Origin: Terriglobia bacterium
GTDB taxonomy: Bacteria > Acidobacteriota > Terriglobia > JAJPHL01 > JAPKYU01
Direction of reading: 5' to 3'
NCBI GenBank assembly: GCA_965223005.1
Contig: CBDCVK010000010.1
Span: 384,001 to 448,000 of the forward strand
Length of the DNA stretch: 64,000 nucleotides
The notes beneath the pieces were generated by a model. That model did no database searches. It was given only the letters and a program-made list of their open reading frames with translations, and was not told the origin of the DNA. Position 1 is the first letter of the stretch. Every line of letters starts with the position of its first letter. Made by a program: the position numbers and the translations under genes. Positions 32,012 to 41,683 of this stretch are shown here, piece by piece.

Positions 32012-32247
32012 GGCTCCTCCAGAGATGCCCAGTTGCCCAGGACAGGCTTCGAGGCGCTGGTATCGCCGGGAGAATACCTCAAAACGAGTTGCCGGTGACG
32101 GCTCGTTTCACGGTTAGCTATTCCCTTTTTTCCACCATCAGATGAGGCTCTGGCCGGCTTGCCCGGGGCCTGAGAGCAGAGAATGGGAACGGCAGCAAGA
32201 CCCGACTGAGCGCGCCAATGCTTTACTGGGGCTTCCCAGGGAGCCGG

Positions 32248-33159
32248 CTAAGCGACCTCTTCTGATGATGAGCAGTCTGGCGGCTGTGCCGCGGGGGGGG
32301 GGCATCTGGCCAGCACGAGGTGCCGCTTGACCACTTCCAGGATGGCGTCGTTCCAGCCCTGGGGACCGGGAACATCGGTGAGGCGCGCTGTGGGGACCTT
32401 GCGAAGCAACCGGGCAGCAGCGTCGCTAGCGGGGTTCTGTACCACAACGGGAATCTCAGCCTCCTGAAGAAGGGAGAGGTCATTGAGGCTGTCGCCCAGC
32501 CCCACGGCGACAACCTTGCCCCAGGCCCGTTCGTAGAGCGACTTTAAGGTGCGAACGCCGAGGCCCTTGTCGGTGACGCCTGTCAGGTGGTTATAGCGCC
32601 CTCCCCGGGTACAGCGCAGGCCGGCGCGGTGCAGGGCCTTGAACAGCCGGCTGCGGGCTGGCAGGCCGGAGTCCAGGATGCGGAACGGCTCGTCATATTC
32701 GCGCAGCTTGGCCAGCCGAGCTACCATCAGGGAAAGCTTGCATTCCTTGGCTACTTCTTCAATCGTCATATCGCTGAAGCCCACTACCGGGATGTCCAAT
32801 TCGTTGGCAACCCGGTGCAGGGTTTCCACCAGTCGGTAGTAGGGCAGGCCGAATTCCAGCACGTCATACCCAGCGATGGAACGCCCGTCGCTAATTGGGA
32901 AAGGAAAGTACCTCCTAGGCAAAAAGAGCGCCCCACCGTTCTCGCTGAGAAAGGGATGGGCGACCTCCAAGTCTTGTTGCAGCATTTCAATCTCAGCGCG
33001 GGTCTTGCTGGAACATAACACCAGGGGAATCCCTTCCGTAGCCAGTAAGGCCAGCGCTTCGGCGGCGGGGGTAAAGGAGTACGACTCGTGGTCCAGCAAG
33101 GTGCCGTCCAGATCGGTGAAGACCACCAGGCGCTTCGCATTGTTCATCGGCGAGTTCAT
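32248..33159 (-). CDS. mpgP: Mannosyl/glucosyl-3-phosphoglycerate phosphatase (HAD IIB, MpgP/GpgP family)
   Basis: FTDLDGTLLD, SSKTRAE, ENGG, REYDEPF, GGR, DKG, GLGDSLND; overlaps the gpgS stop. Confidence 0.9.
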   Translation of the reverse strand: MNSPMNNAKRLVVFTDLDGTLLDHESYSFTPAAEALALLATEGIPLVLCSSKTRAEIEMLQQDLEVAHPFLSENGGALFLPRRYFPFPISDGRSIAGYDVLEFGLPYYRLVETLHRVANELDIPVVGFSDMTIEEVAKECKLSLMVARLAKLREYDEPFRILDSGLPARSRLFKALHRAGLRCTRGGRYNHLTGVTDKGLGVRTLKSLYERAWGKVVAVGLGDSLNDLSLLQEAEIPVVVQNPASDAAARLLRKVPTARLTDVPGPQGWNDAILEVVKRHLVLARCPPPAAQPPDCSSSEEVA

Positions 33160-34394
33160 CGGGTGGTGCCTCCCGCGTAGGTGGCAATTGCACTGTCCTG
33201 CTCCACCGCCTCGTGTAGCATGTCAAGGAAGTCCGGGATCGCTGACGTGATCCGATTCCAGTTGGGGATGAGGGGCACGCCGGTGGGGTCTTCCAGGTAT
33301 TGCTGGCCAGCGATCCTTAAGCCCCGGGAAAAGGTGGCCACGGCGCTCTCTTCCTCGTGCCGGTCGAACGAGAGGCTATTGATTGCCGCGTCAGCATAGT
33401 AGCGGGTTATGGTGTCCTGGGCGGTGCGGATGTAATGAACCTGGAGAGTGCGGAAGCCTCCTTCACTGAAGAGCACGCCTTCGGCGGCCAGGGTGCGGAG
33501 CAGAATCTTTCCGATGTCAATGGACATCCTCAACAAACCCTGTTGGGGGTCTTCGGCTGAGAGGCTTTGGTGTTTGTGGTCATAGTTTTCGCACAGTTCG
33601 GTCTGGCAGATGCGTTTGAGCGCACAGTTCCGATAGACTTCGGCCAGGACTCCAACTTCCAATCCCCAATCGCCGGGGATGCGGTTGACGCGTGCCAGAT
33701 CGGTCTTCATGGCAAATTCGCCGGCCAACGGGTAGCGAAAGCTGTCCAGGTATGCCAGGAAGGGGAGACGTCCGAAGATGGCTTGCAGAGAGCGGACCAG
33801 GGGAGTCACATACAGCCGGGTGACCCGGCCGTGCATCTTGGTGCTAACGCGCGAGTAGAAGCCCTTGCAAAATTCAAAGTCCAGGTTGGGGTTGGCCACC
33901 GGGTAGCACAGCCGGGCCAACAGCTCTCGGCTGTAGGTGGTAATGTCACAGTCGTGCAGGGCAATGACCTCGCCTGGACGATCGCTCAGCACGTACCCAT
34001 AGGCCATCCAGCAGGAGCGGCCTTTGCCATCTTCCCCCACTGGCAGTTCATGATCCCGCAATAATTGGTAAAGGGCCTGCAGGCGCGGCCCGTCGTTCCA
34101 AACGAACTTCACCGTTTGGGAAAAGCCGGCGAAGAACTGCTTGGCCTGCGCTAGCTCTTCAGCGGCGGTTCTGCCCAGTGTGACCACGATCTGGTCCAGG
34201 TAACGGACCGTCCGGAGTTCTTCAAGAATCTTCCCCATGGCCGGGCCGGAGAACTCCGAGAACAGGCAGGGCAGGACCAACGAAATCCGGTGACGCCGGC
34301 CGAAACGCTCCAGCTCGCTTTCCATTCTTTCCAGGTTTCCTGGACCTAGTCGGTGCAGTGTGGCGACGACGCCGGTCTGATAGAAATCAGCCAT
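33156..34394 (-). CDS. gpgS: Glucosyl-3-phosphoglycerate synthase (GpgS-like)
   Basis: MADFYQTGVVATLH, GKGR..W, HDCDI, KGFYSR, GRVTRL, FRYPLAGEF, DWGLEVG, YDHKHQ, IPNWNR; adjacent to the cognate phosphatase. Confidence 0.85.
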   Translation of the reverse strand: MADFYQTGVVATLHRLGPGNLERMESELERFGRRHRISLVLPCLFSEFSGPAMGKILEELRTVRYLDQIVVTLGRTAAEELAQAKQFFAGFSQTVKFVWNDGPRLQALYQLLRDHELPVGEDGKGRSCWMAYGYVLSDRPGEVIALHDCDITTYSRELLARLCYPVANPNLDFEFCKGFYSRVSTKMHGRVTRLYVTPLVRSLQAIFGRLPFLAYLDSFRYPLAGEFAMKTDLARVNRIPGDWGLEVGVLAEVYRNCALKRICQTELCENYDHKHQSLSAEDPQQGLLRMSIDIGKILLRTLAAEGVLFSEGGFRTLQVHYIRTAQDTITRYYADAAINSLSFDRHEEESAVATFSRGLRIAGQQYLEDPTGVPLIPNWNRITSAIPDFLDMLHEAVEQDSAIATYAGGTTR

Positions 34395-34455
34395 GACAGG
34401 CTCCTTGTTGCTCCAGCTGCTTACTCCCACCAGTCTAAGAAAGCTGAAGATTGGG

Positions 34456-34480
34456 GGGTATCGGGTCCGGACAGTATTTG
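34456..34480 (-). promoter_or_regulatory. Conserved motif AAATAC-N7-ACCCGATACCC upstream of gpgS
   Basis: Minus strand reads caaatactgtccggacccgataccc; the same motif and spacing occur upstream of otsA. Confidence 0.65.
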
Positions 34481-34599
34481 ACCGCCAAAAAGTATGTATA
34501 TGTATGTAAACGTGTCGGTAGCCTTCGCGGCCAGCTCCTCCCCGAGCCCGGTGCAGGAGACCTTTTGACCAGAGCCAGCGTCGGCGCTAAGATAGCGAC

Positions 34600-36109
34600 A
34601 TGCGACGGCTTCCCGGTGAGGGTCTGGCAGGCAGGACCGGCAGGTGGCTGCGCGACCGTCGTGCCTTTCTCAGGCACACTCTTGAGCGGCTGACCATCCG
34701 GGCAGCGCTGTTCCTGGGCTTCGGGTTGATCTTCGGCCTTTGGCTGATCTCCGGTTTCGACTTGGTGCGGCGCCTCGCGGAAGTCGAAAGCCGGGCATCC
34801 GCGATCAACGCGCGCTTTACCAAGAGCGAGGAGTTGCTGTTCACGGTGCGGGTCCAGGTGCTGCTGGGAGCCGTCTATGTGCGCGACGCTCTGCTGGATA
34901 TTGGTTTTGAGGAAGCGAATTACTATCGGTTCCTCCGAACGGTTGCAGGCAACCCGCACAGAGATCGATCAGGCGCTTCAAGAATATGTGCCGGTGATGG
35001 AATTGCCGGTCGAGCGAGAAAACTGGGCCGTACTGCAGAGCGAGATCGAGGACTATTGGAATGTGGTCTTGCCGGTACTCTCCTGGGATCCGACGCGCAA
35101 ATTCTTCGAAGCTCGCACCTTCCTGCGTCGTGAGGTGATTCCCAAGCGCGACATCATCATCAGCATTTCCGCGCGCATTCGGGCTTTAAATCGTGATGCC
35201 TTACAGCGACAACAGCAGGAACTGGCCCTCGTCTACCGCGAAATCCAGCACAAGATGTGGTGGACGAGCGGCCTGGCACTGCTGCTGGGCCTGGGCATTG
35301 CCTTCCTGGTGACTCACTACGCGGGGAGGCTGGAGAGCCGGATTCTTCAGCAGCATCTGCAGGACATCGAGAACAAGCGGGAGTTGCAACGGCTTTCCGC
35401 CCAACTGGTGCGCGCCCAGGAGGAGGAGCGGCGGAACATCGCCCGCGAGTTGCACGATGAAATCGGCCAGGCGCTGACCGCCATCAAGATGGAGTTGGCG
35501 CTGGCGGGGCGGCATTTGGACGTGCCCGGCAAGGCCCGGATGCCGCTGGAGGAGGCGCGGGCGATTGCCGACCGGGCGTTGCAGTCGGTGCGGGATCTCT
35601 CCCAGCTGTTGCATCCCAACATGCTGGACGACCTGGGCTTGCCCGACACTCTAAATTGGTATCTGCGCGGCTTCTCCAAGCGGACTGGCATCCGGGGGGA
35701 GCTCATCCACCAGAGGATGGAGGAAAGGCTGGCGCCGGAAGTCGAGGTGTGCGGGTATCGCATCGTACAGGAAGCGCTGACCAACGTGGCCCGACATGCG
35801 CAGGCCTCGCTTTGCCGCCTCTACCTGCAACGACTGCCCTACACGCTGCTGATCACGGTCGAAGACAACGGAAGGGGTTTTGATCCGCGGCGGTTGGAGA
35901 CGGCCAATCCGCGGCGCGGCTTGGGCCTGGTGGGAATTCGTGAGCGGGCCTCCGGATTGGGAGGAACCTTTCGCCTGGAGAGCAGTCCCGGCAGAGGCAC
36001 GCGCCTGTCGGTGGAGCTGCCGGTGCTGCCTGCCGCCGTTTCCAAGGAGGAGCCCGCAGCGGCCGAGGTGCCCACCCATAGCAAAGCAGTGCTTGCGGAT
36101 ACAGACTAG
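34600..36109 (+). pseudogene. NarX/UhpB-type (HisKA_3) sensor histidine kinase split by a frameshift near 34930
   Basis: Frame 1 carries TM1 and the start of the sensor domain up to ...EEANYYR; frame 2 continues ERLQAT...TM2...EEERRNIARELHDEIGQ...QEALTNV...EDNGRGF...GLGLVG. TTCCTCC (34930-34936) separates them. Confidence 0.8.
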
Positions 36110-36760
36110 ATGGCCAAACTTGGCATTTTGCTAGCCGACGACCACACCCTGATGCGCCAGGGCCTGCGGAAAATCCTGGAAGAGCGGCCTGACTGGGAGG
36201 TGGTGGGTGAAGCTGGCGACGGACGCGAAGCCGTTCGTCTGGCGCTGGAACACAGGCCCCATGTGGCCGTTCTGGACATTGCCATGCCCTTGCTGAACGG
36301 CATCGAAGCCACTGGCCAGATCACCCGCCGGGCACCCGAAGTGCGGGTGCTGATCCTGAGCATGTACTCGGACGAGGCTTACATCCTGCAAGTCTTGCAG
36401 GCGGGCGCCAAAGGCTACCTGCTGAAGGATTCCGCCGATGCCGACTTGATTCGGGCAGTGGCTGCCGTTGGGCAAGGCAAGTCGTTCTTCAGCCCGGCGG
36501 TGGCCAAGGTGATGCTGGACGATTATGTGCGCCATCTGGCCGAGCGGGGAATCACCGATCGCTACGATTCCCTGTCGGAACGGGAGCGGGAAATCTTTCA
36601 ACTGATTGCTGAGGGCCACAGCAACAAGGAGATGGCCGACCTGCTCTCGCTGAGTGTCAGCACCGTGGAAACCCACCGCGCCCACATCATGGAAAAGCTG
36701 GATGTGCACAGCACGGCGGAAATTGTTCTCTACGCGGTCCGCAAGGGCGTGATTTCCTAG
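36110..36760 (+). CDS. NarL/FixJ-family response regulator
   Basis: ADDH, LDIAMP, GYLLK, LSERERE...HTH STVETHRAHIMEKL. Confidence 0.95.
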   Translation: MAKLGILLADDHTLMRQGLRKILEERPDWEVVGEAGDGREAVRLALEHRPHVAVLDIAMPLLNGIEATGQITRRAPEVRVLILSMYSDEAYILQVLQAGAKGYLLKDSADADLIRAVAAVGQGKSFFSPAVAKVMLDDYVRHLAERGITDRYDSLSEREREIFQLIAEGHSNKEMADLLSLSVSTVETHRAHIMEKLDVHSTAEIVLYAVRKGVIS

Positions 36761-37023
36761 CCGGCTGCAGAGGCGCGCTGGCCTTCGCGTTTCCTCAGGG
36801 TCGCGGTCCGGCGAAGTTGTTGCAGCGGCCGCGTTCCCCATGTCAAGAAGTGGTTCCTCCGAGCAATTCAGTAACCTGCTGGACTTCTGCGCAGAAAGGA
36901 CACAAAGTCGCACGCCGGCCGGAAAATGCTAGCCCGAGACGCAGTTTCCAGTAGGAAGATCACCTCTGGTGCCAGCCCTCGTGCGAGCACATTCGGCTCT
37001 GATGTCTGGGGAAACGGGAAGCA

Positions 37024-39075
37024 ATGCCTGAACTGAATTTCCTGCAGGATCTGCTGATTCTGTTCGGCCTCAGTATCGCGGTGGTGGTTGCGTTCCATCG
37101 CGCCAATCTGCCGCCGGTTGTGGGTTTCTTGATCACTGGGGTGGTCTGCGGGCCGTATGGGTTTGGATTGATCGACGGGGTCCACGAAGTTGAATTCCTT
37201 GCCGAGATTGGAGTTGTTCTCCTGCTGTTTACCGTGGGGATTGAGGTCTCCATCGAGAAACTGGTGCGTCTGCGGACCTTCCTGCTAGTGGGGGGTGGGC
37301 TTCAGGTGGCGCTGACACTGGCCGCCATCCTCGCACTGGCGCGCCTGTGGGGAATGAGCCTGGCGCTGGCCACCTATCTAGGCATGTTGGTTTCTCTGAG
37401 CAGCACGGTGATCGTGATGCGCCTGCTGGCCGACCGCGGGGAGCTGGACAGCCCTCACGGTCGAACGTCTCTGGGCATCCTCATTTTTCAAGACCTTTGC
37501 ATCGTCCCCATGCTCCTGCTGGCCCCTTTCTTGGCGGGACCGGGAGTAGAGGTGGCTGCCGTAGTCCTCGTTGCTGCCAAGGCGCTCGTGTTCGTGATCG
37601 CGGCTGTAGTCGGCGCCCGTTATCTGGTTCCCTGGTTGCTCCACAAGGTGGTCGAGACCCGAAAGCGCGAGGTCTTCCTTCTGACGATCATGCTGCTGTG
37701 CCTGGGTGCGGCCTGGGCGGCGGCCCAGGTTGGTATGTCACTGGCGTTGGGGGCCTTTATTGCTGGGCTGATCATCTCCGAATCGGAGTACAGCCACCAG
37801 GCGCTGGGCGAGGTGCTTCCCTTCCGAGAGGTGTTCAACAGCCTGTTCTTCATCTCCATTGGGATGCTATTTGACGTGCGCACCCTGCTCTTGTCCCCCG
37901 TGGCGGTCCTGGGAAGTGTGCTGGCGATTCTTGTGATAAAGGCCGGCGTGGCCGCCAGTGTGACGTTCGCTTTGGGCTTCTCCATGCGAGTGGCTGTGCT
38001 CACCGGCTTAGGGCTGGCACAAATCGGCGAGTTCTCGTTTGTGTTGTCCAAGGTGGGTCTGCAGGCGGGGCTGCTGGATGACCGCCTGAACCAGTTGTTC
38101 CTGGCTGTGGCGGTTGGCACGATGGCGCTGACCCCGGCGCTGGGCGCTGCCGCCCGCCGGCTGGCCGGCTGGCTGGACCCCCGCGTTCCCGGTCGTTGGG
38201 CGAGAGGCAGGGAGCTGCCGTTGGACGACGCGGACAAAGTGCGGCGGCTCGAAGATCACGTCGTCGTAATCGGCTACGGACTGAATGGGCGCAACTTGGC
38301 CCGTGTGCTGGAGCACGTTGGGATCCCGTTCGTCGTGCTGGAAATGAACCCGGCCGTCGCCAGGGCCGCTCGCGAGAAGCGTGTCCCGGTTGTCTACGGG
38401 GATGCGACGCACGCCGATCTTCTGCGCCATGTCGGCATTGAGAAGGCTCGGGTGGTAGTGGTCGCCATTTCCGATGCGGCGGCCAGTCGGCGCACTGCGG
38501 ACATCGCTCGCCGTCTAAATCCGGCAGCCTACATCATCGTGCGAAGCCGGTACTTGCAGGAAATGGAGCCGCTGGTGGCGGTCGGCGCCCACGAGGTGGT
38601 CCCGGAGGAGTTTGAGACTTCGATCGAGATCTTCTCCCGAGTCCTTCACCGATATCTCGTTCCAAGGGACATCATCGAGCGGTGCGTCGGTGAGGTTCGC
38701 CGGGACGGGTACGAAATGTTCCGGACGCTCTACGCGGCTCACCGCCCGGCCGAAGGGATGCAGCGGTTTCTCCGCAATTTGGCAATGGAGGTCTACCGAG
38801 TCGACTCCGGCAGCCGGGTCGTCGGCAAGCGGCTGGCGGAATCCGGAATCCGACAGAACACCGGGGCCACGGTCTTAGCCATCCAGCGGAGCGATGGGAA
38901 CTTGGTAGTGAATCCGGCGTCTAGTGAGGTGATGGGGGAAGAAGATAGAGTTCTGCTGCTGGGCCGGCCCGAGCAACTAGCCGCGGCGGCCGCGTTCTTT
39001 GTGAAGGATTCCGGGGCCGTGGCGGCACAGCCACCTCCCGATGATCCCCGAGACCCTCGCCTCCACAATACCTAG
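37024..39075 (+). CDS. CPA2/Kef-type cation:proton antiporter with TrkA-N and TrkA-C (RCK) domains
   Basis: LAEIGVVLLLF, SLSST, LIFQD, FFISIG, QIGEFSFV, IGYGLNG, YGDAT, C-terminal RCK_C. Confidence 0.92.
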   Translation: MPELNFLQDLLILFGLSIAVVVAFHRANLPPVVGFLITGVVCGPYGFGLIDGVHEVEFLAEIGVVLLLFTVGIEVSIEKLVRLRTFLLVGGGLQVALTLAAILALARLWGMSLALATYLGMLVSLSSTVIVMRLLADRGELDSPHGRTSLGILIFQDLCIVPMLLLAPFLAGPGVEVAAVVLVAAKALVFVIAAVVGARYLVPWLLHKVVETRKREVFLLTIMLLCLGAAWAAAQVGMSLALGAFIAGLIISESEYSHQALGEVLPFREVFNSLFFISIGMLFDVRTLLLSPVAVLGSVLAILVIKAGVAASVTFALGFSMRVAVLTGLGLAQIGEFSFVLSKVGLQAGLLDDRLNQLFLAVAVGTMALTPALGAAARRLAGWLDPRVPGRWARGRELPLDDADKVRRLEDHVVVIGYGLNGRNLARVLEHVGIPFVVLEMNPAVARAAREKRVPVVYGDATHADLLRHVGIEKARVVVVAISDAAASRRTADIARRLNPAAYIIVRSRYLQEMEPLVAVGAHEVVPEEFETSIEIFSRVLHRYLVPRDIIERCVGEVRRDGYEMFRTLYAAHRPAEGMQRFLRNLAMEVYRVDSGSRVVGKRLAESGIRQNTGATVLAIQRSDGNLVVNPASSEVMGEEDRVLLLGRPEQLAAAAAFFVKDSGAVAAQPPPDDPRDPRLHNT

Positions 39076-39126
39076 TTGCTGCCATGGCATGACCCCCTCT
39101 GCTTGGGGTAGCGGAATCCCATCGGC

Positions 39127-39151
39127 AAAATACAACTTCCACCCGATACCC
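39127..39151 (+). promoter_or_regulatory. Conserved motif AAATAC-N7-ACCCGATACCC upstream of otsA
   Basis: aaaatacaacttccacccgataccc, 34 nt before the otsA ATG; matches the gpgS-upstream copy. Confidence 0.65.
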
Positions 39152-39185
39152 GCCTCCCTCCCTTCAGAAGTACAATAAACCATAT

Positions 39186-40709
39186 ATGCATACCGAGGAA
39201 ACCCTAAGGAACACCGTTCTAGAGCGATTGAACGGCGGCAAGTTCGTGGTGGTTTCCAACCGGGAGCCGTTTGTCCACCGCTGGGAGGATGGGCGGATCG
39301 TTTGCCTGCAGCCGGCTAGTGGAGTGACCCGGGCCTTGGATCCCGTCCTGCGTGCGGCTCGCGGACTGTGGGTGGCCCACGGCAGCGGGGATGGGGACCG
39401 CGAGGTGGTGGACTTTCGGGACTTGATCGCCGTTCCTCCCAAGCGACCCCGATACACCCTCAAGCGCGTCTGGTTAAGCCAGGAACAGGAAGACCTGTAC
39501 TATTACGGCTTCGCGAACCAAGCCTTGTGGCCCTTGTGCCACGTTGTCTACCAGCGGCCAGTTTTTGAAGAAGCGCACTGGAAAGCTTACCAGGAGGTCA
39601 ATGCCCGGTTTGCTGACGCGATCGCCGAGGAGATTGGGGGGGAGCGCGCCTTTGTCTTCATCCAGGACTATCATCTGGCCTTGCTCTCGCGCATGATCAA
39701 GGAGCGTTGCCCGGACGCCATCACCGCGCAGTTTTGGCACATTCCCTGGCCGAATCCGGAGGTTTTCCGCATCTGCCCCTGGCAGGAGCAGATCCTGGAG
39801 GGATTGCTGGGCAACGACATCCTGGGCTTTCATCTCCGCTACCACTGCATGAATTTTTTGGACACGGTAGCCAGAGTTCTGGAGGCCCGAGTGGACAGCG
39901 AGCTGCGGGCGGTGATTTACGGTGGTGCAACCACGAAAGTGCGTTCCTTTCCGATCAGCGTGGACTTTGAGGCCATCCAGGAGGCAGCCGAGACAGCCGA
40001 AGTGTGTGCGGAGATGGGTCGGTTGCGCCAGCGCTTCCAACTCAGGGGCCAATTCGTGGCACTCGGTGTCGATCGGCTGGACTATACGAAGGGAATCGCA
40101 GAGCGGTTTCGGGCGGTGGATCGGTTTCTGATGAAGTACCCTGAATACCGGGGTCGGTTCACCCTGATGCAGGCAGGCGTCCCCACCCGGTCTCGCATTC
40201 CTCAGTACCAGCAGGTGGAAGAAGAACTGGAGCGGCTGGCCGAGGAGATTAACCACAGGCACCAGAGAGAGAGTTGGCAGCCCATCGTGTTCGTCAAAGA
40301 TCATTTTGATCCGGTCAGCCTATACGCCCTGTACCGTCTGGCCGACCTGTGCATCGTCAGCTCGCTGCACGACGGGATGAACCTGGTGGCCAAGGAATTT
40401 GTCAGCGCCCGTTTCGACGAAGCCGGGGTGCTGCTATTGAGTCCTTTCACCGGCGCCTCGCGAGAACTGCGCGAGGCCGTGCTGGTCAATCCCTACGCTA
40501 CCGACGAGTTTGCCGAAGCCATCCGGGGGGCCCTGGAAATGGACCCTGAGGAGGCGCGCCTGCGCATGCGGCAACTGCGACAGACGGTGGCGCGGGAAAA
40601 CATTTACTGCTGGGCTACTCGCATCGTGGAAAAGCTCTCCGATCTATCTGAGGAACTGGGCCATGCTGAGCCCTTGGGGGCTTTGGCTGCGGATATCGCG
40701 AGAGCTTGA
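39186..40709 (+). CDS. otsA: Trehalose-6-phosphate synthase (GT20)
   Basis: VVSNREP, YYYGFAN..LWPLCH, QDYHL, HIPWP, GVDRLDYTKG, DGMNLVAKE. Confidence 0.9.
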   Translation: MHTEETLRNTVLERLNGGKFVVVSNREPFVHRWEDGRIVCLQPASGVTRALDPVLRAARGLWVAHGSGDGDREVVDFRDLIAVPPKRPRYTLKRVWLSQEQEDLYYYGFANQALWPLCHVVYQRPVFEEAHWKAYQEVNARFADAIAEEIGGERAFVFIQDYHLALLSRMIKERCPDAITAQFWHIPWPNPEVFRICPWQEQILEGLLGNDILGFHLRYHCMNFLDTVARVLEARVDSELRAVIYGGATTKVRSFPISVDFEAIQEAAETAEVCAEMGRLRQRFQLRGQFVALGVDRLDYTKGIAERFRAVDRFLMKYPEYRGRFTLMQAGVPTRSRIPQYQQVEEELERLAEEINHRHQRESWQPIVFVKDHFDPVSLYALYRLADLCIVSSLHDGMNLVAKEFVSARFDEAGVLLLSPFTGASRELREAVLVNPYATDEFAEAIRGALEMDPEEARLRMRQLRQTVARENIYCWATRIVEKLSDLSEELGHAEPLGALAADIARA

Positions 40710-41000
40710 ACAACCCCCCCGCTGCTGTTACTCTTCGATTTCGACGGAAGGCTGGCTCCTAGTATGGAGCGGCCCCTCTGTGCTATTTTATTTTGGCGAC
40801 GACGTGGGCGATGAGCCGGCTTTCGCCGTGGTCTCGCAAGGAGGCTCCGCGGTGCGGGTCGGCAAGAGGGTGCGTAGTTCTCGCGCGCCTTTCTACCTGA
40901 CCAGTCCGGCTGACCCGTCCGGAGAAGCTCTCCGACTTTCTTCAGCGCGCTTGGAGCTGCCTGGTACGGAAACGGCCGCACAGGGACAGCGCGATCAGAC
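40663..41000 (+). pseudogene. otsB: Trehalose-6-phosphate phosphatase otsB remnant (frameshifts and large internal deletion)
   Basis: LLLFDFDGRLAP (HAD motif I) is followed within ~30 nt, in another frame, by FYFGDDVGDEPAF...AVRVG (C-terminal HAD motif); the middle is missing; C7 run at 40714-40720. Confidence 0.8.
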
Positions 41001-41002
41001 AG

Positions 41003-41683
41003 GTGCGAGGGGAGCAGGAGGCGTGGGAAAAAGCTGTGGTTGACGCGTTTCGCTTCTACACGGAATCCAACCTAGCCCTGTACACCCCCCGGCGGGCCGA
41101 CAGTCTTCGCTCCCTGCTGGAATGCATTCGGAAAGTCAGCGGGGCTTCCATCTTCTACCACTTTTTCCACGCCCTGCGGCGGCGGCACTTCACCACCTTC
41201 GAATACAAGAATGACTTCGCCCGCTGGGTGGTCATGAATTTCCAGGAGCCGCGCCTGGCCGAGCGGCTGGCGGTCATTGACCCCTTAGAGTTCGGCAGCG
41301 TGCGGGCCACGCGCGAGCGGTTGATCCGCTACCTGGAGGAGGCCGTCGGGAGCAGCGAGTACTCGGTGCGGGTCCGCGACGGCGAAGAATTTCGGTTTCT
41401 TACCTTGAAAAGCTTTGTCTTCCCCACCGGCCTGGTAGCCCACGATCTCCGCGAACTGGCTGCCTGCATCGAGCGGTCCAGCTTGAGCTCGTTGTTCTTT
41501 CACTTCATCGAGACGCGCCTGCGAATGGGCCTTCCCAGCAACGACTATTCCCTGTGGTTGGAAACTGTCTTCGGAGAGGGGGAACTGGCCGCGCAAATTA
41601 ATCGGCTGAGCCCCTACTTTCATAGCCTCCCTGAAGTGCGGAGCCGGATCGTCGAACTCGTACGACAGAGGTGCGGGACATGA
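41003..41683 (+). CDS. DUF5752-like protein (internally duplicated SIF.HF / ND.S.W motifs)
   Basis: SIFYHFFH...NDFARWV and SLFFHFIE...NDYSLWL; immediately upstream of treT. Confidence 0.78.
   Translation: MRGEQEAWEKAVVDAFRFYTESNLALYTPRRADSLRSLLECIRKVSGASIFYHFFHALRRRHFTTFEYKNDFARWVVMNFQEPRLAERLAVIDPLEFGSVRATRERLIRYLEEAVGSSEYSVRVRDGEEFRFLTLKSFVFPTGLVAHDLRELAACIERSSLSSLFFHFIETRLRMGLPSNDYSLWLETVFGEGELAAQINRLSPYFHSLPEVRSRIVELVRQRCGT

Noticed and set aside
32059-32078. GGTAT...ATACC palindrome as a third copy of the gpgS/otsA motif
   Set aside because: Only CGATACC matches; the AAATAC box and spacing are not reproduced.
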